DNA of 18,009 nucleotides, taken from the NCBI GenBank assembly GCA_031372065.1, contig JANMKN010000170.1:1-18009 (forward strand), read 5' to 3'. Below, in pieces: positions 1 through 9,144 of the stretch (its first letter is position 1; each line of letters starts with the position of its first letter). A program made the position numbers and the translations under genes. This DNA comes from Abditibacteriaceae bacterium (GTDB taxonomy: Bacteria > Armatimonadota > Abditibacteriia > Abditibacteriales > Abditibacteriaceae). A model generated the notes under the pieces. It saw only the letters and a program-made list of their open reading frames with translations. It did not search any database and was not told the origin of the DNA.

Positions 1-83
1 TTTTGAGACTTTTCAAACTGATTCTAAAAGAGTCACACATGAGGTTATAATTGACTCTTCATACGTCAATCTTGCGAGATTCG

Positions 84-584
84 TTACTCGCCTCTTGCCG
101 CATACTGCTCATTTTGCGCGATAATCAACTTCAGCAGTTCATGATTCTGTTCGGCAATGGCTTTGATTTGTCGCTCAAGGTCTTCGATTTTCTCATAGGC
201 TTTGCAATTGGTTTGGTAATCGTTTTCCCACAGTTCGCGGTCTTTGGCAGCGGCGACATTACCGGCCATCAAAATGAGCGGTGCGGCGTAAGCGGCCTGT
301 GTGCTGAACGCCAGATTCAGCAAAATAAACGGATACGGATCGAAATGTTTGATCCACGCTACGATATTGATCGCTATCCAGATGGAAACCGCAATCGTCT
401 GTAGAATGAGAAACGGCCACGATCCCATGTAACCTGTGATTGAGTTCGCTAAACGGATGCCCAATGGCGCTTCCTCGCCATGATAGCGGCTGTGGACAGG
501 ATGCAAAAAACGCTGTCCCATCGCGTTGGCTTCGCGGCCCACTTGACCCAATTTCTTTTCGACATCCGACAATGTGGTTTTCAT
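84..584 (-). CDS. DUF1003 domain membrane protein
   Basis: Contains GSWPF...WIAIN...FDPYPFILLNLAFSTQAAYAAPLILMA, typical of DUF1003, with a C-terminal coiled coil. Start placed at ATG 584, preceded by GGGAGA; 596 is an alternative. Confidence 0.85.
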   Translation of the reverse strand: MKTTLSDVEKKLGQVGREANAMGQRFLHPVHSRYHGEEAPLGIRLANSITGYMGSWPFLILQTIAVSIWIAINIVAWIKHFDPYPFILLNLAFSTQAAYAAPLILMAGNVAAAKDRELWENDYQTNCKAYEKIEDLERQIKAIAEQNHELLKLIIAQNEQYAARGE

Positions 585-676
585 CGTTTCTCCCATCCAA
601 CAGGCTTTGACAAATTCTTTCCAGACGATTTCTTATTTTTGGTTTGCCATTTCTTTTCAGGTTAGCGCAGCAAACT

Positions 677-716
677 AAAAACGCCCCACCAGACAAAAGT
701 CTGATGGGGCGTTTTT
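677..716 (-). terminator. Intrinsic terminator of the cold-shock gene (possibly bidirectional)
   Basis: AAAAACGCCCCACCAGAC-AAAA-GTCTGATGGGGCGTTTTT inverted repeat with A/T tails, about 20 bp past the csp stop. Confidence 0.85.
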
Positions 717-735
717 CCGTTGAATTGATTCCAAC

Positions 736-939
736 TTAGGCAATGCGGACATTGGACGCGCGCAGGCCTTTGGCCTCTTTTTGCACGTCAAATTCGACTT
801 TCTGCCCTTCTTGCAAAGAGCGATAGCCTTCCGTTTGAATCGCCTGATGATGAACGAAAACATCCTCGCCACCGTTTTCCTGCTCGATAAAGCCGAAGCC
901 CTTCGAGTCGTTGAACCATTTGACAGTTCCTTTGACCAT
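736..939 (-). CDS. cspA: Cold-shock protein (CspA family), 67 aa
   Basis: [18 protein letters not shown] (RNP1) and DVFVH (RNP2); AAGGA RBS at 954-950 upstream of ATG 939. Exact paralog name uncertain. Confidence 0.95.
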   Translation of the reverse strand: MVKGTVKWFNDSKGFGFIEQENGGEDVFVHHQAIQTEGYRSLQEGQKVEFDVQKEAKGLRASNVRIA

Positions 940-988
940 AGTAACCAAATCCTTTTTTTGTCGTGACGCTGGCGCTGGCAGATTTAAC

Positions 989-1100
989 AAGGGTGTGACC
1001 GAGGGAACTAACCAAAAAGGGATTGCCGAAAGGAATTTCCAGAAAGGTGTGACCGAAGGATGTGACCGTGATTTTGCTGATGGACGCTCTGACTGACCGA
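989..1100. repeat. ~27-bp-period direct repeats (TGTGACCGA core) in the csp leader
   Basis: AAGGGTGTGACCGAGGGA (989), AAGGGATTGCCGAAAGGA (1017), AAAGGTGTGACCGAAGGA (1043), plus TGTGACCG (1061) and TGACCGA (1094). Confidence 0.7.
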
Positions 1101-1134
1101 CAATTGATAAACAGGCTCGTTAAAGCCTGCCTAA

Positions 1135-1163
1135 AGCATTGCCCATGGCGACCTTTTTGTCAA
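1135..1163 (-). promoter_or_regulatory. Putative sigma70 promoter of csp
   Basis: Minus strand TTGACA (1163-1158), 17-bp spacer, AATGCT (1140-1135). Implies a ~190-nt leader starting at the hairpin CAGGCT/AGCCTG (1112-1129). Confidence 0.55.
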
Positions 1164-1264
1164 GGCGCAAAGTGCTGGCAACAATTAAAAATAAAATAAC
1201 TCTGTTGCGCCGCGCCAGTTGATTGAGCAAGCGTCTCGCGTTCATAAAACGGTCAAAGAGCAAG

Positions 1265-1909
1265 CTATAAAACTATCTCACAACGCGCCTCATAGGAGTT
1301 GCTTTCTTCTTTCAAAACGCGGTCATCCACGATAATTTGCACTTTTAAGGGTTGAGAGGGCGGCGTTTGTTTGGTGGGAAATAAACGGGCTGACACTGTA
1401 ATTGTTTGGCCGATGCTGGCCTGCAATTTCTTGTCGGCATTGTCCCACGGTGGAATCGTGGTAAATTCCTCGCCGTTCGCCGCAATATTCACTAAAACTT
1501 CCGGCCCATCAACGCGCAATTCGACTTCGTGCGTTGACGGCAATTGCACTTGAACACCCGTAAAACAAAACACTTTATCGGGCGCTTCGACAAAGGAAAG
1601 TTGATATTTCGGGTTGTCTTCTTTTAAATTGCCGCGCTTTAAAAAGGCCGCGCGCTTCTCATCTTTGAGAAGCTCATCGGTTTCCATTAAAAAGCCGGTC
1701 AAGAAGCCACTTTGCGACCATTGCGCCGTGAGTTTTGTGCCGTCTTTTCGCCAACTTTTGTTTGTTGGGGCGCCCAAAATTTTTTCGATATCGCTTTGCG
1801 TTTTGCCCATCAGCGACGGCACATCAAAAAGCGGCAGTTGTGGTTCGGGCGCCTCGCGGTGGCAGCCGAAAAACAAAAACAGAAACAAGAGCGGCGTAAA
1901 CTTTTTCAT
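1265..1909 (-). CDS. Hypothetical lipoprotein
   Basis: MKK, hydrophobic stretch, then lipobox-like FFGC; 214-aa ORF with no recognised domain. Confidence 0.75.
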   Translation of the reverse strand: MKKFTPLLFLFLFFGCHREAPEPQLPLFDVPSLMGKTQSDIEKILGAPTNKSWRKDGTKLTAQWSQSGFLTGFLMETDELLKDEKRAAFLKRGNLKEDNPKYQLSFVEAPDKVFCFTGVQVQLPSTHEVELRVDGPEVLVNIAANGEEFTTIPPWDNADKKLQASIGQTITVSARLFPTKQTPPSQPLKVQIIVDDRVLKEESNSYEARCEIVL

Positions 1910-2131
1910 GGCGTATTAAGAAACAACTCTCCCTCAAAACTCGAACCAAATCACGCGAAACAGACGCCTTGCCACCATAGTGATCTAACCGCGTAGGATG
2001 TCATTGTTGATTTCAAGACAATCCTTCGTCAATTTTGAAAGCAAAGTTGTGAACGATAAGCCCATAAAGAATCTCCGCACGCTCAGTTGCCTTTTTGCGT
2101 GTCCCACTTTCAACATGACCGACTTGCTTTG

Positions 2132-2920
2132 CTACGCTTCCTGATGGATAAAGTCCAGATCCAAACTAATTTTCTTGCCATCGGCGGCGAAGATTGGGGT
2201 TTTATAGGCGCCACGACGTTGGAAAAAGCACGCGAAGGAGGTTGCCAGCACGCCGAAGCCGTAAATAACGCTGCGGCGGAAATTAATGGAGGACGCTTCT
2301 TCAAAATACTTGGCCGGACACGCGATTTCGCCGATGGAATAACCGAAAAACACGGCTTGCGTTAGCATTTGATTATCGAAAACAAAATCGTCGGAGTTTT
2401 CTTCGAGCGGCAAATTGAGCAAAACCTCGCGCGAAAACGCGCGGTAGCCGGTGTGATATTCCGAGAGTTTCATGCCGATTAATAAGTTTTGCGTGGCCGT
2501 CAGCCAGCGATTAAAGGCGTATTTGTAAAACGGCATTCCGCCTTTGAGGGCGCCGTTGCACAAAATGCGCGAACCCAGCACGATATCGTATTGGCCGTTG
2601 GCAATCAGCGAAGCCATCGCCACCAAGAGTTTGGGCGTGTATTGATAATCGGGATGCAGCATAATCACCACATCGGCGCCGCGTCGCAGGGCAGCTTTGT
2701 AGCAGGTTTTTTGGTTGCCGCCGTAGCCGCGATTTTCGGGATGGACAATGGTTGCGATGCCGAGACTCTGCGCCACTTGCGCGGTGTTATCGCCGCTGGC
2801 GTCGTCCACTAAAATCACTTCGTCAATAAATTCAAAGGGAATTTCGCGATAGGTTTGCTCCAGAGTTCCAGCGGCATTGTAGGCAGGCATCACGACAACA
2901 ATTTTTTTGTCGAAGATCAT
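2132..2920 (-). CDS. Glycosyltransferase family 2 (DPM1-like polyprenol-phosphate glycosyltransferase)
   Basis: [36 protein letters not shown] and GYRAFSR motifs. Confidence 0.92.
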   Translation of the reverse strand: MIFDKKIVVVMPAYNAAGTLEQTYREIPFEFIDEVILVDDASGDNTAQVAQSLGIATIVHPENRGYGGNQKTCYKAALRRGADVVIMLHPDYQYTPKLLVAMASLIANGQYDIVLGSRILCNGALKGGMPFYKYAFNRWLTATQNLLIGMKLSEYHTGYRAFSREVLLNLPLEENSDDFVFDNQMLTQAVFFGYSIGEIACPAKYFEEASSINFRRSVIYGFGVLATSFACFFQRRGAYKTPIFAADGKKISLDLDFIHQEA

Positions 2921-2975
2921 GGGCGTTTAAAGTTGATGTCAGGCTCGAATTTCCAGTATAGTGCATAATTTTCTC

Positions 2976-4295
2976 ATGTTTCGCGCACCATTGCTGTTTC
3001 TGTTCTTGCTGGCGCTGGCTTTGCGTGGCAATGCGCAGCCGCTACCCGACCGGCGCGAATTGAGCGGGCGCGTTGCATCCACAAAAAGTGTGCCTGTTGG
3101 CGGCGCGCAAATTCAAATCAGGCGCAAAGAAACCAAGGCCAGCGCTGTTTTCTGGGGCGTAGCTGTGCTTTCCAATGTCGCCGGCGATTGGCGCGTGCCA
3201 GACGCCGAAGATGGCGATTACGTTATCACCGTGACCGCGCCCGGCTACGAAACATGGAGTGCGCCTTACACCTTGAGAGAATACGAGCCATCGCTGCGTA
3301 TTACGCTGCAACGCAAAGTCTCGCTGACTTTTACCATTCTTGATCCCAACGGGCAGCCTGTGCAAGGAAAAACAGCGGCAGTTTTCGGTTACGTCACCAA
3401 AGCTGGAATCTGGCAATTGGGAAATCAGCCGGGCGTGGCTTTGGGCACAACTTCGCTCACATCTTCCAGCGGACAATGCACTTTACCTAACGGCAGCGAA
3501 GGCGTTTATCATGAGTTATATGTGGCCGTGCGTGGCGTGGGCCATATGCGCTGGATGGGCAAAGTCGAAATTCTCGAAGGCGGCACCCAGCATTTTGACT
3601 TGCAACTACAAAAGGCAACGGCTGCTTTGCAAGTGAAGATCGTCGAGGAATCGCCCAACCCAAAAGAAGCGGGGCGTTCGCTTGGCGCCGCGCAGATTTA
3701 TCCGCAATCGGTGCAACCGCTACAAATCAGCGATAAGACCTTGGCGCTCTGGCTGTTTCGGCAAAATGACCTGACATCCACTGATGGCACAGGCATTGTT
3801 CGATTGATTGGTTTATTGCCGGGACGCTATCAAATTCGCGTCACCACGCCTTTTAATTGCAATCTGGCAAAGTTTGCCGAAGTGGTGCAAGCTATTGATG
3901 TCGTGCCGGACGAAGAAAAGGAAGTCGCATTTCGCATTCCGCCCTGCTCCACCAATACGCCGACTTTGCAAGTTACGATAAAAGACGAGCATCAAGTGCC
4001 ACTGGCAAATCGAGAAGTGCGTTTATTTTGTCAACCCATCAGCGAAACGACACAGATGAATTTGCAATTTGAAGAAGCTGCCGCGCGCCGCGTGCCTTTT
4101 TCCAGTATGCGCCGGGGCACCACCGATGCCGCAGGTAAAATAACACTTTATCCGTTTTGGGCCGGCCTCTGGCGTATCAGCGTCTATGAAGTCGAGGCGC
4201 GCATCCCTTTTCACGGCGCCGAAACTGTCGATGTGACGCCCGAAGGCGGTCAAATCACGATTGCCACTGCACTAAATCCAGCAATAGAAGAGTAG
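2976..4295 (+). CDS. Secreted protein with carboxypeptidase-regulatory-like (transthyretin-like beta-sandwich) repeats
   Basis: Signal peptide (…LALALRGNA), then repeated units such as LSGRV…PVGGAQI…GDYVITVTAPGY, TDGTGIVRL…LLPGRYQIRV and TDAAGKITL. ATG 2976 preferred over GTG 2961. Confidence 0.75.
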   Translation: MFRAPLLFLFLLALALRGNAQPLPDRRELSGRVASTKSVPVGGAQIQIRRKETKASAVFWGVAVLSNVAGDWRVPDAEDGDYVITVTAPGYETWSAPYTLREYEPSLRITLQRKVSLTFTILDPNGQPVQGKTAAVFGYVTKAGIWQLGNQPGVALGTTSLTSSSGQCTLPNGSEGVYHELYVAVRGVGHMRWMGKVEILEGGTQHFDLQLQKATAALQVKIVEESPNPKEAGRSLGAAQIYPQSVQPLQISDKTLALWLFRQNDLTSTDGTGIVRLIGLLPGRYQIRVTTPFNCNLAKFAEVVQAIDVVPDEEKEVAFRIPPCSTNTPTLQVTIKDEHQVPLANREVRLFCQPISETTQMNLQFEEAAARRVPFSSMRRGTTDAAGKITLYPFWAGLWRISVYEVEARIPFHGAETVDVTPEGGQITIATALNPAIEE

Positions 4296-4442
4296 CATCG
4301 AGACGCGATTTCGCAACCTCCGACATCGTTTTCTCGGCGTCCAGCATCGTTTTCTCGACATCCAGACACAATTTCAACGCATCCAGACACAATTTCAGCG
4401 CATCCGGCATCAATTTCTGTGCATCCGGCGATGATTTCTTGG
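4296..4442. repeat. Degenerate 21-bp tandem array, 7 units
   Basis: Units such as CATCCAGACACAATTTCAACG and CATCCAGACACAATTTCAGCG; C1, T3, C4 and TTTC(14-17) are invariant in all 7 units. Confidence 0.9.
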
Positions 4443-4462
4443 TGTGCTGAACCGGCAGTCAA

Positions 4463-5392
4463 TTATTCAAACGCGCTTTTGACCGGTTTTCCGTCCCAAT
4501 CGGCGGGAATGGGCACACCAAGCAGCCATAATGCTGTTGCGGCGGTGTCATAAGTGGTTACAGGAGCCGTAATTTTTAGGCCGGCTTTCACGCCTTTGCC
4601 AAAAGCAATCCACGGAATCGTCATATCTTCGGGCGCTCTGGTGCCGTGGGTTTTATCGTGCCCGCCATGATCGGCGCTCAAAATAATCACGCTCTCGTTG
4701 GCAATGCCCGCTTTAAGAATCGCGTTATGCACGGTTTTAAGCGCGGCATCTTCATCTTCAAAGGCATTAATTTGCTCTGGCGTGCCCCAACCATATTTAT
4801 GACCGGCGCCGTCGCTATCGGCGAAGTGAACGAAACACAAATTCGGTTTGTCGCTTTCGATGTATTTCGCCGCTGTCTCGGCCACCACTTTGGCCGCATA
4901 TTCGGGCACTTCGCACTTATCTAAGGTGCCAGGAATGTTGAAATGCTTGAACTTTTCCTTGCCCGCAAATAAAGCCGTTTTATAACCGGCATTCTTAGCG
5001 AGTTGGAAACTCGTCGCAAATTTGAACGGGCCAACTGCGGGGCGCCAATCGTTCCACAAAACTTTGTGCTTGTCTGGGCCGATGCCACAAAGCATTGAAG
5101 TGTGCGAAGTCAGCGTGATACTGGGAAATGTAGTCTGCGCTTCCCATGTGGACGCGCCTTTGTCGGCCATCATCATCGTCAGCGGCATTTTGCTTTGCTT
5201 CATTACAGCGGGCTTGCCGCCATCAAAGCTCACAATAAAAACGTGCTTTGCACGCACAACAGGCGATTCGACAACAATCGGTTTGATTGCGCTTTCGGCT
5301 ACAGAATTTTGTCCCGTCACCGGCGAACAAGCGATATTCCCAATACCAAGGCTCAACGCGCTCAGGGCACTCAAAAAAATTCTACGCTTCAT
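4463..5392 (-). CDS. Alkaline-phosphatase superfamily nucleotide pyrophosphatase/phosphodiesterase, probable Tat lipoprotein
   Basis: FIVSFDG, FPSITLTSH (Thr nucleophile), DSDGAGH, SADHG and HG metal ligands; N-terminus KRRIFL (Tat) and IAC lipobox. Confidence 0.88.
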   Translation of the reverse strand: MKRRIFLSALSALSLGIGNIACSPVTGQNSVAESAIKPIVVESPVVRAKHVFIVSFDGGKPAVMKQSKMPLTMMMADKGASTWEAQTTFPSITLTSHTSMLCGIGPDKHKVLWNDWRPAVGPFKFATSFQLAKNAGYKTALFAGKEKFKHFNIPGTLDKCEVPEYAAKVVAETAAKYIESDKPNLCFVHFADSDGAGHKYGWGTPEQINAFEDEDAALKTVHNAILKAGIANESVIILSADHGGHDKTHGTRAPEDMTIPWIAFGKGVKAGLKITAPVTTYDTAATALWLLGVPIPADWDGKPVKSAFE

Positions 5393-5620
5393 AAAATTTC
5401 ATTTTCCAACAAAAGTCCAAACCGTCTGATTGTCTTACAATCAAAACATTAAATTTGAACCAAAAATCGGTGATTTGTGTTGATTCCGCGTTATTTTCCC
5501 TTTTTATCATCATTAAATTTCTAATACGGCTCAGAGAACCAGAAAACCAAGTCTTTTGAATGGTTCAAAAAAGAATTCGAAAAAAAGTTCACAATGTGTT
5601 TAACAATAATCATATTTGGG

Positions 5621-5660
5621 TATAATTAGTTCACACCCCAGTTGGCCGGACAATGGGGCG
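5621..5660 (+). promoter_or_regulatory. Putative -10 box and 5' leader hairpin of the DUF1559 gene
   Basis: TATAAT at 5621-5626 in an AT-rich region, followed by a CCCCA…TGGGG hairpin (5636-5658); GGAGGA RBS at about 5680-5685. Confidence 0.45.
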
Positions 5661-5689
5661 CAATTCTTATTTTCCTTTTGGAGGACAAA

Positions 5690-6577
5690 ATGTTCATCCG
5701 CCGTAACAATGTGAAGCGTGGCTTCACCCTGATCGAACTCTTGGTCGTAATCGCTATCATCGCGATCCTCGCGGCCATTCTGTTCCCCGTTTTCGCCCGT
5801 GCTCGCGAAAACGCTCGCAAGTCCAGCTGCCAGAACAACCTGAAGCAGTTGGCTCTCGGCTTCAAGCAATACATCAACGACTTCGACGAGCGTTACCCGC
5901 TCGTTGCTTCCACCGTTGGCACCGGCGGCAGCGGCACACCGCCTTATGGCTGGGCCGATTCTTTGCAGCCCTACATCAAGAACACGCAGGTCTACCAGTG
6001 CCCCAGCGACGCGGCTGAAGGTGCAGACCTGTCGACAGATGCAGGCTATACCGATTACTGGTATAACCGCAACTTCGTCCGTCACATCCCCCGTGCGGCG
6101 GCTGCCATTGTAACGGGTGCTAATGAATCCATGTTGGGTTCCTCGTCGCAAACTATCATCGCTGGCGATGGTGGTAGCTCACAAGGCACCAATACAGGTT
6201 CAGCTCGCTATGCAATTTGCGGCAATGGCACAGACAATGTAACGGCACAAGGCTCGATTCCAACTACTGGTCTACCGGCATTTAGTGACAATGGTGCAGC
6301 ACCGACTGCTGCTACTGAAAGTGCTTGTGGTGCAGTCGCTGTTCCCTCTGTCTCGACAGGTGCCTCTTACGGAACCTACCCGGCAGCAGTTCTCCACTTG
6401 GATGGCGCTAACTTCGCTTTTTCGGATGGACATGTGAAATGGCTGCGTGGCAACAACCCGACGCAAAGCGCCGGCGTTTTGGACAACACCTTCTCACAGG
6501 GCAGAATTGCTGATAGCACCCTGACCCCCAGCCCTGCGGGCAAGGCCACCTTCTCCCTGTTGAACCGTCCGTTGTAA
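5690..6577 (+). CDS. Prepilin-type N-terminal cleavage/methylation protein, DUF1559 / H-X9-DG family
   Basis: [48 protein letters not shown] and [25 protein letters not shown] before ATG 5690. Confidence 0.93.
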   Translation: MFIRRNNVKRGFTLIELLVVIAIIAILAAILFPVFARARENARKSSCQNNLKQLALGFKQYINDFDERYPLVASTVGTGGSGTPPYGWADSLQPYIKNTQVYQCPSDAAEGADLSTDAGYTDYWYNRNFVRHIPRAAAAIVTGANESMLGSSSQTIIAGDGGSSQGTNTGSARYAICGNGTDNVTAQGSIPTTGLPAFSDNGAAPTAATESACGAVAVPSVSTGASYGTYPAAVLHLDGANFAFSDGHVKWLRGNNPTQSAGVLDNTFSQGRIADSTLTPSPAGKATFSLLNRPL

Positions 6578-6614
6578 TTGACTGGGTTCAACCCTGACTT
6601 TCTCTTTCGACCTT

Positions 6615-6648
6615 AAAAACACCCCGCATCCGGCTGCGGGGTGTTTTT
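6615..6648 (+). terminator. Intrinsic terminator
   Basis: AAAAACACCCCGCA-TCCGGC-TGCGGGGTGTTTTT perfect 14-bp inverted repeat with T tail. Confidence 0.9.
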
Positions 6649-6701
6649 GTTTGTATTGTGCAGTTTCGCCTTTCATACTCTATCGGCGAACAGGAAGAAT
6701 C

Positions 6702-7439
6702 ATGCGATTAGAAAATAAGATTGCTTTAGTGACTGGCAGCAGTCGGGGCATTGGCAGCGCCATTGCCCAAAGGCTGGCACACGAGGGCGCCACTATTGTT
6801 GTGCAGTTCAAAACGGACGAAACTGCTGCACAGCACACAGTAAAGACCATTGTTGACGCAGGGGGACAAGCGACAGCTTTACAGGCTGATTTATCCGACC
6901 TCAACGATGTGCGCCGTTTATGGGATGATTTCGATAAGCGATTTGCAGGACTTGATATTTTGGTCAACAATGCAGGTTCCGCTGTCTTTGGCGCGCTCGA
7001 AACTGTCACCGAAGCCGATTTCGATGCGATTTTTAATCTGAATGTGCGCGGCTTGTTCTTCAACACTCAGCAGGGAGTTACGCGAATGCGAGATGGTGGC
7101 CGCATCATTAACATTTCCAGTGGCATTACAAAAGTAAATGCTGCTGGTGGAGCGGTTTACGCGGCATCCAAAGCCGCTGTTGAAGCCTTTACACGCTCGT
7201 GGGCAGCAGAATTAGGGTCGCGTGGCATTACGGTAAACACAGTTTCGCCCGGTATGACGCAAACCGATTTATTGATGAGTGTGACCTCGCCAGAGGTGTT
7301 AGATAAAATGGTGGGCCAGACAGCTTTGGGGCGCTTGGGACAGCCAGCCGACATTGCGGATGTGGTTGCCTTTTTGTGTTCGGATGATGCGCGATGGATT
7401 ACGGCGAATAATCTATTGGCAAATGGCGGCGTGGGATGA
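6702..7439 (+). CDS. Short-chain dehydrogenase/reductase (FabG-like SDR)
   Basis: TGSSRGIG, NNAG, YAASK, VNTVSPG and GRLGQPADIADVVAFL; AGGA RBS before ATG 6702. Confidence 0.93.
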   Translation: MRLENKIALVTGSSRGIGSAIAQRLAHEGATIVVQFKTDETAAQHTVKTIVDAGGQATALQADLSDLNDVRRLWDDFDKRFAGLDILVNNAGSAVFGALETVTEADFDAIFNLNVRGLFFNTQQGVTRMRDGGRIINISSGITKVNAAGGAVYAASKAAVEAFTRSWAAELGSRGITVNTVSPGMTQTDLLMSVTSPEVLDKMVGQTALGRLGQPADIADVVAFLCSDDARWITANNLLANGGVG

Positions 7440-7458
7440 GTAGGAGATAGGGTGAGGC

Positions 7459-9114
7459 ATGGAACTTTTTGACTTGTTCAACACCTGGCGTTTTGTGCCA
7501 CGAGCGCAATGCGGCCAGTGGACGCCATCGTTAATTTATTTGCACAACATCAGTGACTTTCTGATTTGGACGGCGTATATAGCCATCCCACTGGTATTGG
7601 TGAGTTTTGCCTATCGTCGGCGCGAAGAATTGCCGTTTCAGCAGTTGTTTTTGCTGTTTGGGATATTTATCGTGGCGTGCGGCACCACGCATTTGCTGGA
7701 AATTATCTTGTTTTACAAGCCGGTTTACATTTTGTCTGGTTGGGTCAAATTGATAACGGCTGCCGCCAGTTGGGGCACTGTCATCGCGCTGTTTCATATT
7801 GTGCCGCGCGCTTTGCAAATGAAAAGTCCTGATGCATTGGAAGCCGAAGTAGCCCGTCGTGTAGCAGAACTGCAAGAACTAAATGTCCAGTTGGAAGCGG
7901 CTAATGCCACAAAGGATGACTTGTTACATCGCGAACAAGAATCGCGGCGCCAAGCCGAGGCCGCCAATCGCACCAAAGATGAATTCTTAGCCACGGTATC
8001 ACATGAGTTGCGCACGCCGCTGACTTCAATTTTGGGTTGGTCATCGTTATTGTCCAGTGGAAACCATGATACAGCCTCGGTCAAAGACGCAATGGCTGCC
8101 ATTGAGCGCAACGCCCGCGCGCAAACACAAATTGTAGATGATCTACTGGACGTATCGCGTATGATTACCGGGCAAATGAATTTGGATACGGCTGCGGTTG
8201 ACGTAGTTACCGTGATTGAATCGGCCCTGAGTGCCATCTATCCGGCAGCGCAAGCCAAGAATATCTCTCTTCGGACCCAATTTGATTCAGTGGACGGCTC
8301 CACCAAGATTAGAGGGGACGAGGTGCGGCTCCAACAAGTCCTTTGGAATCTACTTTCCAATGCCGTGAAATTCACCCCCAAAGGCGGGCAGGTGGATGTA
8401 ACCTTGGAAAGAAAGCATTCTCAAGTTGTCGTTCGGGTTAGCGATAGCGGAATGGGCATTGGAGCGGATTTCTTACCGCACGTTTTTGAGCGGTTTCGTC
8501 AGGCCGATGGTAGCACCACGCGCACTGATGGTGGTTTGGGATTGGGTTTAGCCATTGCGCGCTATTTGGTGGAAATGCACGGCGGCACCATTGAAGCCGC
8601 AAGTGAGGGCAGTGGCAAAGGCGCGACGTTTACGGTGCGCCTGCCTATGTTGGCAGTCCTCACGACCCAACGCGAATGGGAACAACAAACGGGCGCGGCG
8701 AAGAAAGACTTCCTTGAAACCAATAACAAGCAATTGGGTGGCTTGCAGATTTTAGTCATCGAAGACGATGCCGATTCGCGCCAAATAATCGCTACTATGC
8801 TGGAACTTTACGGCGGTCAAGTGCAAAGCGTGGGCACGCCACAAGAAGGATTCAATTTACTGCGCCAAATGCGCCCCGACGTCTTGGTTTGCGACATTGG
8901 CTTGCCGGAAGAAGACGGTTATGCGCTGATTGAGCGCATTCGCAAGCAGCCAGCAGCCGAAGGAGGTTTAACTCCGGCGGTGGCCCTCACCGCTTACGCA
9001 GCGCCGCGCGACAGTCTTCAGGCATTAGCGGCAGGATTCCAAGCCCATTTGCCCAAACCTGTGCAGCCAGAGCAACTTGCCTCCGTCGTCGCCGACCTAA
9101 CCGGACGTGACTGA
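7459..9114 (+). CDS. Hybrid sensor histidine kinase/receiver with N-terminal ETR1-like ethylene-binding membrane domain
   Basis: Three TM helices with SDFLIWTAYIAIP and FIVACGTTH; H-box SHELRTPL; N, G1, F, G2 boxes (NLLSNAVKFT, DSGMGI, FERF, GGLGLGL); C-terminal REC domain (IEDD, CDIGLP, LTA, KP). Confidence 0.92.
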   Translation: MELFDLFNTWRFVPRAQCGQWTPSLIYLHNISDFLIWTAYIAIPLVLVSFAYRRREELPFQQLFLLFGIFIVACGTTHLLEIILFYKPVYILSGWVKLITAAASWGTVIALFHIVPRALQMKSPDALEAEVARRVAELQELNVQLEAANATKDDLLHREQESRRQAEAANRTKDEFLATVSHELRTPLTSILGWSSLLSSGNHDTASVKDAMAAIERNARAQTQIVDDLLDVSRMITGQMNLDTAAVDVVTVIESALSAIYPAAQAKNISLRTQFDSVDGSTKIRGDEVRLQQVLWNLLSNAVKFTPKGGQVDVTLERKHSQVVVRVSDSGMGIGADFLPHVFERFRQADGSTTRTDGGLGLGLAIARYLVEMHGGTIEAASEGSGKGATFTVRLPMLAVLTTQREWEQQTGAAKKDFLETNNKQLGGLQILVIEDDADSRQIIATMLELYGGQVQSVGTPQEGFNLLRQMRPDVLVCDIGLPEEDGYALIERIRKQPAAEGGLTPAVALTAYAAPRDSLQALAAGFQAHLPKPVQPEQLASVVADLTGRD

Positions 9115-9144
9115 ATACTTATCATCAACTTCCCTCGCGAGGCC

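Noticed and set aside
28..59. AAGAGTCA…TGACTCTT inverted repeat downstream of the DUF1003 gene
   Set aside because: 8-bp AT-rich stem with a 16-nt loop at the window edge; too weak to call a terminator or operator.
911..1096. Plus-strand 61-aa ORF with KGVTEG repeats, or a CsrB-like sRNA with five ANGGA motifs (1002-1084)
   Set aside because: Antisense to the csp start and leader, with no plus-strand promoter, RBS or per-motif hairpins; better explained as the complement of the leader repeats.
2640..2660. GT2 has HPD instead of a DxD motif
   Set aside because: H(P/G/A)DxQY is a common variant in this GT2 subfamily, so it is not evidence of inactivity.
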